Below, piece by piece: positions 20,866 to 29,206 of a DNA stretch of 64,000 nt (position 1 is the first letter of the stretch; each line of letters begins with the position of its first letter). Location: NCBI GenBank assembly GCA_963826785.1, contig CAWGYD010000010.1, forward strand, positions 224,001-288,000. The letters are read 5' to 3'. A program made the position numbers and the translations under genes. The stretch is from an uncultured delta proteobacterium (lineage in GTDB: Bacteria; Desulfobacterota; Desulfobacteria; Desulfobacterales; Desulfosalsimonadaceae). Under the pieces are notes generated by a model. It was given only the letters and a program-made list of their open reading frames with translations. It had not been told where the DNA came from and searched no databases.

Positions 20866-21459
20866 TTAGGCCGGGGCTGCGGCAAGAAGGATTTCCTTCG
20901 GCCAATTTGCACCTGATAGATCCCCGGGCTCAACAATTCGGTCGTCCACCCGGATTTCCCTGCATATGCTTTTCAGTCGGTCTTTATGATATTGCAGGAA
21001 ATCTATGGCCGTTTCTTTGGGCAGCCGGATTCCCTGCTTTAAAAATAACGGCCCCAGGTCGGCGTTTACCCGGTTGAAAAATTTGAGCGTGACGTCGATC
21101 GCCTCCCCCGCCGGGGAAGGTGCGGTATTAGCGCAATTGCTCGTCCGCATTTTCGCCACCGGACTGTTTTTCCGGAAAACTGCCCCCACCAGACCCGGCA
21201 TGGCTGCGGACAGCGCGATATGGGAACCCTTTTCCACGGTGGCCGTCCGTTCGTCATCCACCGCCCAGCCGTTGTGGAATATGGTCTGAACCACGTTATC
21301 CAGATACGCGGAAGCGATATGGGCATCTTCGCTCAGCACCCGGCGGATGGGCGTCCCCGGCCGGGTGCGGATGGAAAATCCGGTTGCGGTGAGTTGAAGA
21401 AACGTAAAGAATTCTTCCGGTTTTACAATGAAATACAGTTTTTTCAAATCAGTGCACAA
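20866..21459 (-). CDS. Hypothetical protein cotranscribed with AOR
   Basis: 197-aa ORF whose TTG start directly abuts the AOR stop; internal beta-grasp-like segment. Confidence 0.65.
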   Translation of the reverse strand: MCTDLKKLYFIVKPEEFFTFLQLTATGFSIRTRPGTPIRRVLSEDAHIASAYLDNVVQTIFHNGWAVDDERTATVEKGSHIALSAAMPGLVGAVFRKNSPVAKMRTSNCANTAPSPAGEAIDVTLKFFNRVNADLGPLFLKQGIRLPKETAIDFLQYHKDRLKSICREIRVDDRIVEPGDLSGANWPKEILLAAAPA

Positions 21460-23193
21460 TCAGAAACTGAATACCGCGTCCAGTTCCTCATCCTTGACGC
21501 CGAACCGCACATCGTGGGGCGGCAGGGGTTCATTTATAAAATATGCGGGAAGGCGGTCGTCCTTGGATGAAAAGCCGGCCCGCTCATTGAAATCCCGCTC
21601 CATGGTCAGCACCTTTTTCCCCAGTTCACTCACGCCGTCCGCGTTTAAGTCCAGGCCGTAAAAGGCATTGATCATGTCGATCAGGGCGGCAAAAGTTTCC
21701 GGCTGGTCCATGATGGCAAAAGCGATGAACAGGCACATGCCCGTGGAATCAATGGCCGCAGTGGCGATCTGAAGATTTCGGGACAATTCGATCTGTCCTT
21801 CCGGCTTTAGCGGGTCCACGCTGCCGCCCACGCCCAGCAGGTTGGTGGCCACCGCATATCCGGCGGTATGGTCGGCGCCCATGGGGCTGGTGGCATAGGT
21901 GACGCCGATCCCCTGGACCGCCCGGGGGTCATAGGCGGGCATGGACTGGTTTTTCACCACCGGGACGCGCTCCACTCCGAAGACTTTTCCGGTGACCCCG
22001 GCACCGCTCCCCAGGATCCGGCCCAGGGGGGTCCCCTTCCCCACTTCGCTGACCAGTCGGACGGCGGCCTCGGCATCCCCGAATTCCGCCAGACCGGCCT
22101 CCATGGCCACCCCGATGGTGGCGCCCATCTCGATGGTGTCCAGGCCGAAATCATCATCCATCCGGTCCAGGGCGGCGATGACATCCAGATCGTCGATGCC
22201 GCAGTTTCCGCCGTGTGCCCACACGGTTTCATATTCCGGCTGCTTGGTCATGAAATGGCCGTCCTTGTCCGTGTAAATGCCGGAGCACTGGATCACGCAC
22301 CCCCGGTGACACCCGTGGGTTGCCTTTCCGCCCCGGGCCATTTCGGTTTCGGCCTGGGTTTCGCCGGAAATCCGGGCCGCACCCTTGAAGCGTCCCCACT
22401 GGAAGTTGTGGGTGGGGTATCCGCCCGCTTCATTCACCACGTTGGTCAAGACATTGGTCCCGTATGCGGGCAAGCCCTGGCCGGTGACCGGGTGGGATTT
22501 CAATCCCTGCACAAAGATCTTGTTGGCTTGCCGGAACTTATCCGGATCCCTGGGGGGACGCATTTTCGCGCCCGTATCATCCAGCACGATGACTTTGACG
22601 CCCTTTGATCCCATGACCGCGCCCACACCCCCTCTTCCGGCATGGCGGGTGGGCCGCAGTTCCATATCGGTGCAGGCAATGGAAGCCGCGCCCAGCTTCA
22701 TCTCCCCGGCCTGTCCGATGGACATGCAGCAGATATTTTCCCCGTATTCCTGCTTCATTTTTTCCACCAGGTCGTAGTTGCCCAGGCGCTTCAAGCTGTT
22801 GTCCGGGGAGATGGTGACCCCGTCCTTGTTGATGAAAATCTTATACAGCGTATCATCTGCGGGTTTTCCTTCGATGACGATGGCCGCATAACCGAGCCGG
22901 GCCAGAACCTGCGAGGGCATGCCGCCGGCATTGGCTTCCTTGATGCCGCCGGTGAGCGGGCTCTTGCACCCCACCGACAGCCGGCCGGACATGGCGGCCG
23001 TGGTGCCGCTCAGCAGTCCGGGGGCAAAGACCAGCCGGTTGTCCTGGCTTAAGGGATGACACAAGGGAGGAACCTCTTTGGAAACAATGGCCGAGGTGAG
23101 TCCCCGGCCGCCCAGACCGGCGTACTTGTCCCGGGATTCGGTTTTGAAGGCGGGGCTGTCCGGCCCCATGTTGATTCTCAGAATCTTGTCCAT
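21460..23193 (-). CDS. aor: Tungsten-dependent aldehyde:ferredoxin oxidoreductase
   Basis: GGRGL, KSPLTGGIKEANAGG, AGRGGVGAVMGSKG, CHRGCVIQC, PEYET, DDFGLDTI, DSTGMC; GGAGG RBS. Confidence 0.95.
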   Translation of the reverse strand: MDKILRINMGPDSPAFKTESRDKYAGLGGRGLTSAIVSKEVPPLCHPLSQDNRLVFAPGLLSGTTAAMSGRLSVGCKSPLTGGIKEANAGGMPSQVLARLGYAAIVIEGKPADDTLYKIFINKDGVTISPDNSLKRLGNYDLVEKMKQEYGENICCMSIGQAGEMKLGAASIACTDMELRPTRHAGRGGVGAVMGSKGVKVIVLDDTGAKMRPPRDPDKFRQANKIFVQGLKSHPVTGQGLPAYGTNVLTNVVNEAGGYPTHNFQWGRFKGAARISGETQAETEMARGGKATHGCHRGCVIQCSGIYTDKDGHFMTKQPEYETVWAHGGNCGIDDLDVIAALDRMDDDFGLDTIEMGATIGVAMEAGLAEFGDAEAAVRLVSEVGKGTPLGRILGSGAGVTGKVFGVERVPVVKNQSMPAYDPRAVQGIGVTYATSPMGADHTAGYAVATNLLGVGGSVDPLKPEGQIELSRNLQIATAAIDSTGMCLFIAFAIMDQPETFAALIDMINAFYGLDLNADGVSELGKKVLTMERDFNERAGFSSKDDRLPAYFINEPLPPHDVRFGVKDEELDAVFSF

Positions 23194-23411
23194 TCGGCAC
23201 CTCCTGTGAAGGGTTTTTAGGAAGCAGAAAGTTGTGTGAGAAACTCAGTATTGCAGATGAATCGGGTCCCGTCAATCATCACGGCGATTGGACCCGATGG
23301 GACCGATAATTCCGGAACTTGTCAATATAAAATATAAAAATAACGCTGTATTTCACCAGTCGCAAACCGGATCCCCCATTCGATGGAAAAGGCCTGCGGG
23401 AAACTGTTTTT

Positions 23412-23774
23412 TCAATCTTTGAAGAAAAGATACAGCGCCAGTGCCACCAGGATGAACGCAAATATCCTTTTGAACTGGGCCGTGGAGACATGCTCCACCA
23501 GCCGGGCCCCGAACTGGGCGCCGATGACCCCGCCGGCCCCCAGCATCAGCCCCACCCGGTAGTCCACGTTGGCCAGCTTGTTGTGGGCGACCAGGGCGGA
23601 TATGGAGATCACCAGGATGGCCAGAAAGGAGGTGCCCACCGTCTTCTGGGCGCTAAACCCGAGAAACAGCAGAAGGGGCACCATTAAAAACCCGCCCCCC
23701 AGACCGGTAAAGGACGCCCCGATGCCGGTCAGGATGCCCAGAGCCACAAATCCGATCCCGCTGATGAGTTCCAT
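23412..23774 (-). CDS. Half-size TSUP (TauE/SafE) family membrane transporter
   Basis: GLGGGFLMVP, VGTS, GAQFGA; 120 aa, about 4 TM segments. Confidence 0.8.
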   Translation of the reverse strand: MELISGIGFVALGILTGIGASFTGLGGGFLMVPLLLFLGFSAQKTVGTSFLAILVISISALVAHNKLANVDYRVGLMLGAGGVIGAQFGARLVEHVSTAQFKRIFAFILVALALYLFFKD

Positions 23775-23951
23775 GATCCCCCTTTAGAATCTGATACATG
23801 TTAGATGTTGAAATGAATTTACCGCGCAGCTTTTGTTTTCGCAAATGTTTTTCCCATGAATTTTTTTAACGCATTGACCCGGGAATCCATTTTTCATATG
23901 GTATTTTATACTGAAGCCCTGTTTTCTCAAATATCATCCGCGTACATACAA

Positions 23952-24527
23952 ATGAAACTGGTCAATTATTTATCTGAAATCGATGCGGGCCGCTGCAGCG
24001 GCTGCCGGAAATGCGAGACCGTCTGTCCCGCTGGCGCCATATCCGTTGAAAACCGGTTTGCCCGGGTGGATGCCGGCCGCTGCCTGGCCTGCACCAAGTG
24101 CTGGCATCTGTGTCCGGAGGATGCGGTGACCATGGTTGAACGCAGCGAAGAGATGATGGTGGGGGTGGATTTCGACGAGGTGGATGAAACCGCCGTGGCC
24201 GAATTGTGCCAAAAAGCCCATGTCTACCCCGAGCAGTTCGTGTGCGCCTGCACCCTGACCCTGGCCAAGGAAGTGGCGGCCGCCATCATCAAAGGGGCTT
24301 CCACCCCCGAGGAAGTCACCGCCGCCACCGGGGTGCGCTCGGGCTGCGCCATCTACTGCATGGGGGCGATTCTGCGGATGCTCAAGGCCGCGGGCAAACA
24401 CCCGGTGCCGCCCAAAAATCACCGATGGTACGACCTGTCACTCTCCCTCTGGGATGTAAAAGATCAAATAGCGGAGAAATACCCCCGCTATTATCTGGCT
24501 GAAGACCGTGACGAAATGCACGAATAA
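23952..24527 (+). CDS. 2x[4Fe-4S] ferredoxin fused to BFD-like [2Fe-2S] domain
   Basis: CSGCRKCETVCP and CLACTKCWHLCP; VCACT...TGVRSGCAIYC. Confidence 0.85.
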   Translation: MKLVNYLSEIDAGRCSGCRKCETVCPAGAISVENRFARVDAGRCLACTKCWHLCPEDAVTMVERSEEMMVGVDFDEVDETAVAELCQKAHVYPEQFVCACTLTLAKEVAAAIIKGASTPEEVTAATGVRSGCAIYCMGAILRMLKAAGKHPVPPKNHRWYDLSLSLWDVKDQIAEKYPRYYLAEDRDEMHE

Positions 24528-24534
24528 TTGATTC

Positions 24535-25989
24535 ATGACCGATTTTTTCCATAGAAGCCGCCACGGAAAAGCGGCCGCGCCGCCTGAGGTGATGCCCTCT
24601 TGCATGTGCCCGGAACCGGCCATGCGGGCAGCCGGTCTTTCCGGCATGACCTCCCTTTCCATAACCGATCTGTTTCCTGAAATGCGCAAGGGGTTTGTTC
24701 AAAAGCAGGGGGTCGCCGAAATCCGAAAATCCGCCGAAGCAGCCCTGGCCGGGGTGGAAATGGGGATGATCCTGCCCGAGCACCGGGTCAATATTCTCTG
24801 CTCGGAGCATGGATTCTACCTGCTGGAGGGGGACCATTACCTTCAGATGCTGCTGGCCATCCGGGATGCGGTGGAAGAGCGGACCGGGTGCCAAAACATC
24901 CGGCTGCGGGTGGCGGCCGGCATGGGGTCTCGCGAGTCGGAAGAAATCATCGAATATTTCCGCATCCGGGAAAAATTCAACGGCAGGGTAACGGGCATGA
25001 GCGCCTTTGACCGCGGCGTTCCCATCGATACGCAGATCGGAACCCTCTACGGCCTGGCCGCGGCCTATGATGCCGACTGGATCATCCATGCCGGCCACGA
25101 GGAACCCCGGGACCTCTATTTTTACCGGATGATCGACCGGGCCCTCAAGGCATTTGCCATGTCCTATGCCCGGTTTGAAACCCGGTCGGTCTACCACGGC
25201 AACTTCGGCAACAGAAGCTGCGCCTTTATCCAGCGGGCCATCTTCGACGCTCCCTTCGTGCAGGAAAAGTTCGCCTTCGGCGTTTTTATGCGCATGTCGC
25301 CCGCCGGCATCACCGGGGTTTCAGCCGACAATGATCTCGATCGCCTGGGGGAGCACCTCACCATCGACATCCTGCGGGATTTTGGAAAAATGCTGCACCT
25401 GCTGGCGGACATCGACGAATGCATCGTGATCTTAGACGGCGGCCGCTACGGCTACTACATCCACGCCGGCGGCATCGTCTTCGGTGCCCTGGAAAACGCC
25501 CAGTATGATGCATTCGATCTTTCCCGGCCCGCGGCTTTCGGCTATTACGACATGCTCTCAAAGATGCGCAACGGAACCGATGCCCAGATGGATCATGTCA
25601 TGAACGTCAACCCGGCCATCAAGGCCGTGATCTTCAACCAGGCCTGGCCGGGCATCCCCATGGCGGGGCTCACCCTGGATGTGTCCACCATCGTGGTGGG
25701 AGACCAGCAGGCAGCCGCCATGAAGCTGGATGCCGCCAATCCCGCCCTGATCGACCTGGCCGAAACCGTCCCCACGCTAAAACAGGCCCTCGAACTGGCC
25801 ATTCAAGAGACGGGAACCGATAAGGTGCTGGTGTTTGACGGCAGCTTCGGGCACATCACCGTCAGCCCCTTACTGGCCCAGACCCTCATGGCAAAAGCAC
25901 CGGAGATCAGCCGCAGGGTGGAAACAGAGCTGCTCCCCCTCTGGCTTTCCCAGCGGGGGATCGATCTAAATACCGCTAAGCGCGTTTAA
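24535..25989 (+). CDS. Uncharacterised 484-aa protein, possibly distant DUF362/LarA-N-like fold
   Basis: Long ORF with host-like codon usage, 7 bp after upstream stop; fold assignment is weak pattern resemblance only. Confidence 0.7.
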   Translation: MTDFFHRSRHGKAAAPPEVMPSCMCPEPAMRAAGLSGMTSLSITDLFPEMRKGFVQKQGVAEIRKSAEAALAGVEMGMILPEHRVNILCSEHGFYLLEGDHYLQMLLAIRDAVEERTGCQNIRLRVAAGMGSRESEEIIEYFRIREKFNGRVTGMSAFDRGVPIDTQIGTLYGLAAAYDADWIIHAGHEEPRDLYFYRMIDRALKAFAMSYARFETRSVYHGNFGNRSCAFIQRAIFDAPFVQEKFAFGVFMRMSPAGITGVSADNDLDRLGEHLTIDILRDFGKMLHLLADIDECIVILDGGRYGYYIHAGGIVFGALENAQYDAFDLSRPAAFGYYDMLSKMRNGTDAQMDHVMNVNPAIKAVIFNQAWPGIPMAGLTLDVSTIVVGDQQAAAMKLDAANPALIDLAETVPTLKQALELAIQETGTDKVLVFDGSFGHITVSPLLAQTLMAKAPEISRRVETELLPLWLSQRGIDLNTAKRV

Positions 25990-25999
25990 ACCCCTTGCC

Positions 26000-26803
26000 A
26001 TGAACGACATTCGCGACAATCTCTTCGGCCCCGTTTCAGACCGGATCTATGCGGCCGCCATCATTGCCGAGGAACCCGGCATTCTGGCCGGATCGGCAGC
26101 TGCGGCTGAAAAGGCCCGTGAACTGGGCCTGAAGATGATATCCTTTAAACCGGCGGGCGCCCGAATTCTTCAAGGTGAGACACTCGGCGCATTTTCCGGA
26201 TCGCCATTGCAACTTGCCCGGGCCGGGGACCTGCTGGCCGGATGCATGGCCAAGCCGTCCGGGATTGCCACCGCTGCCCGGCAATTTGTGGAAAAAGCCG
26301 GCAGCCGTCCAAAGATCGTGTGCGGGGCCTGGAAAAAGATGCCCGCCCCGATCAAGGGGATCATCCGGGAGGCCGTTGCTGCCGGCGGTGCGGGCATCCG
26401 GGTCAGCGAGGCCCCCTTTGTCTACCTGGACAAAAATATGGTGAAGATGCTGGGCGGCATCCGGGCTGCACTGGATGCTGCAAAAAGAATAGAGGGCCGG
26501 GTGCGGGTCATCCAGATCGACGGAAAAATGGAAAACATTTCCGAAGAAGCCGTCCTTGCCGCCCGTGGCGGTGCCGGCATCATCTTCATCGATTCCGGCG
26601 TTATCACGGATATAGACCGGGTTTCACGCGCACTGGCACATGCCGGCCTGCGCTCAAGTGTCTTTCTGGCCTACGGGGGCGGCATCACCCTGGCCGATAT
26701 GGACCGGATCTGTGACACCGACGCGGATATCGTGGATGTGGGCCGGGCCATCATCGATGCACCGCTTCTGGATATGCGCCTGGAGGTGGCGGCAGATCAA
26801 TGA
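26000..26803 (+). CDS. Quinolinate phosphoribosyltransferase-like (NadC/ModD fold) protein, divergent
   Basis: AEEPGILAG, SGIATAA, YLDKN, IIFIDS, GGIT, DIVDVG; canonical TRKT replaced by AWKK. Confidence 0.75.
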   Translation: MNDIRDNLFGPVSDRIYAAAIIAEEPGILAGSAAAAEKARELGLKMISFKPAGARILQGETLGAFSGSPLQLARAGDLLAGCMAKPSGIATAARQFVEKAGSRPKIVCGAWKKMPAPIKGIIREAVAAGGAGIRVSEAPFVYLDKNMVKMLGGIRAALDAAKRIEGRVRVIQIDGKMENISEEAVLAARGGAGIIFIDSGVITDIDRVSRALAHAGLRSSVFLAYGGGITLADMDRICDTDADIVDVGRAIIDAPLLDMRLEVAADQ

Positions 26804-27678
26804 CCCATCGGCTGCTTGAAAAAACCGAACTCTGGATCCGCGGCATCGTGCTCGAGGGGGCCGATTTAAATGAGATCGCGAAAGCGGTGGCCGATATCCT
26901 GGGGATTTCACCCCGCCATGTGCTGGTCACCGATTATCAATGCCCGGATCTGGCCCTGGATGTACTTGCCCAGACCATCGATCCGGCACATTTTGCCGGC
27001 CGGAAAAATGCACTGTTTGAGCGCCTCTTAAAAATCGCCGGGGTGAAAATCTCGTCCGATGCCGATATCGGCGCAAACGGGATGCTGGGATGGCTCGCGG
27101 CGGACCCGGAGCAATCCGGTGCGTCTGTTGCCCGCTCGGCGGAAATGATCCGGGAAATCAATTCCCGCATTCAATCCCGGGCCATTGTCTTTTCCACGGG
27201 AAGCGAGGTGGCCGCCGGCCAGATCAGGGACACTAACACCCCTCTGATCTGCGCATTGCCTGGAAAAGATCGGCTATACGTCAACCCCCGGCCCCACCCT
27301 CCCCGACGACCGCAACCGCATTGCCGCAAAACTGAGACAGGCGGCCGATGAACAGGGATACGGGCTGATCATCACCACCGGCGGGGTGGGCGCTGAAGGA
27401 AAAGACCACACCATAGAAGCCGTCCTCACGGTAATCCCCGATGCAGCCGCCCCCTATGTGTGTCATTTCGAGGTGGGCACCGGCCGGCATGTCAAGGACG
27501 GGGTCCGGATCGCCGCCGGTTGCCGGGGGAAACGCTGATCATCGCGCTTCCGGGACCCAATGATGAAGTGAGACAGTGCATGACCGTCATTGCCGGGTTT
27601 CTCCCCCATGACCCCGATCCTGCCCGCCTGGCAGACGCACTGGCCGCCTGCCTGCGCCTCAGATGGCACCATCCTTAA
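26800..27678 (+). pseudogene. Molybdopterin-binding (MogA/MoaB/CinA-like) protein split by two frameshifts
   Basis: STGSEV..GQIRDTN, then shifted frame TTGGVGAEGKDHT, then IALPGP; shifts near 27258 and in the G-run near 27528; may be sequencing errors. Confidence 0.75.
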
Positions 27679-29120
27679 ACGTGATAAATTTTGTCCGCGC
27701 CCGTCTTTGGATCCAAATAGGTGATCACGCTCTTATAGGATCTTAAATCCACGACAGCGGTGGCTTTCAGGGGGTCATCGGTCCAGGAGATGACGACCTG
27801 GTCCTCGGGGCAGTCTTCGATCCTGAATGTGCCGTTAAATACCGGGTACTCGGACCTGAATTTCATCAGCGCCATCAATCGCTTCACGGCCGGTTTTTCC
27901 ATGGCCGCGCCGACCTCCTCCAGGGTGTAGTTGTGGCGGTTGATGAAGCGGCCGTTTCGGGTGCGCTCCACCAGTTGGATGTCGTTCTCGCCGGCCAGCA
28001 GACCCACGTAGTAAACCTGGGGGATGCCCGGGGCGAAAAACTGGATGGTCCGGGCGGCCAGATAGGCGTCGTCGTTGTTTTCCAGGGCCGAATAATAGGT
28101 GCAGTTTACCTGGTAGATGTCCAGGTTGTGGTACTCGGCTCCCGAATACATCCGCTTCATGTTGGACCCTTTTTCATAGAGTCCGTTCAAGGTCTTATCG
28201 ATCAGGTCATCGGACATCAGCCCGCGCACATCCACCACGCCGATGCCGTCATGGGTGTCCAGCGTGGTGATCTGCTTGCGGGGGCAGATCTCCAGCCATT
28301 GCTTGAGCTCCTTGTGAGTATGGTGATACAGGGTGTGGATCAGCAGCATGGGCAGGGAAAAATCGTAGCACCAGTACCCTTTTTCCGAAAGCTTGAGCTG
28401 GTAGCGGTGATGCTCGTGCACCTCGGGGAGGATGTCCGCGCCGAAAGGACGAACATATTCTGCCAGCCACCGGATGACATCCCATATCTCCGGCTCCTCG
28501 AAAAAGCAACGGGTGCCGATCTTCTTGATCACATAGGCGATGGCATCGAGCCGGATCATCTTTGCCCGGGTCCGGGCCAGGTTGATCAGGTTGTAGCGAA
28601 GAAAACTACGGGTGACCGGGGAGCCGATATCGATATCGATCTGCTCGGTATCGAACGTGCACCACACCTTTTCCCGTGATCCGTCCTTTCGGTCCTGAAC
28701 GATATAGGGCGGACGGGGCTTGCGCGTATACACCTTCTCCAGCTCCGCATCCGTAATCGGCTCCTTGCGCAGCTTGTCAAAGGTGAGAAACATGTCCGCA
28801 TATTCGGACTTGCTGCTTTTTTCCGTAAAATCCTGGTAGTAGTGGGATTGCCGGGAGATGTGGTTCACCATGAAATCGAGAATCAGATCGAATTCCGCCC
28901 CGATCAACTCCAGGTCTTTCCAGCGCCCGAATCGCGGATCCACCTCTTCGTAGGTCTTGGGCGCAAATCCCCGGTCGCTGCTGGAGGGATACACCGGCAG
29001 GATGTGGACCCCGCCGATGACATCGGCCAGGTATCGCTTCAGCACGTAATGGAGTTCGGCCAGGTTGTCTCCCAGGCTGTCCGGGTAGGTGATCAGTTGC
29101 ACTTTGTTCTGAATGGTCAT
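27675..29120 (-). CDS. gtfA: Sucrose phosphorylase (GH13_18)
   Basis: VQLITYPDSLG, HILP, DRGF, NHIS, RLDA, PEVH, DTHDGIG, NLDIYQVN, PGIPQVYY. Confidence 0.9.
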   Translation of the reverse strand: MTIQNKVQLITYPDSLGDNLAELHYVLKRYLADVIGGVHILPVYPSSSDRGFAPKTYEEVDPRFGRWKDLELIGAEFDLILDFMVNHISRQSHYYQDFTEKSSKSEYADMFLTFDKLRKEPITDAELEKVYTRKPRPPYIVQDRKDGSREKVWCTFDTEQIDIDIGSPVTRSFLRYNLINLARTRAKMIRLDAIAYVIKKIGTRCFFEEPEIWDVIRWLAEYVRPFGADILPEVHEHHRYQLKLSEKGYWCYDFSLPMLLIHTLYHHTHKELKQWLEICPRKQITTLDTHDGIGVVDVRGLMSDDLIDKTLNGLYEKGSNMKRMYSGAEYHNLDIYQVNCTYYSALENNDDAYLAARTIQFFAPGIPQVYYVGLLAGENDIQLVERTRNGRFINRHNYTLEEVGAAMEKPAVKRLMALMKFRSEYPVFNGTFRIEDCPEDQVVISWTDDPLKATAVVDLRSYKSVITYLDPKTGADKIYHV

Positions 29121-29206
29121 GCGTCCATTTCTTTCATCGGGCGGTTTGCATTTTTCAAATAGGCCCTTTTGTGTAGATCCGTTGCGGTGCAAATCAGGAA
29201 AAATTT

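Noticed and set aside
23261..23298. Inverted repeat (atcgggtcc/ggacccgat) upstream of aor as a Moco/Wco riboswitch or sigma54 promoter
   Set aside because: Only a 9-bp stem is evident; no riboswitch consensus recognised and GG-N10-GC spacing is absent
26000..26803. Calling this gene nadC
   Set aside because: Lacks the canonical TRKT/HR substrate motifs and has no nadA/nadB context
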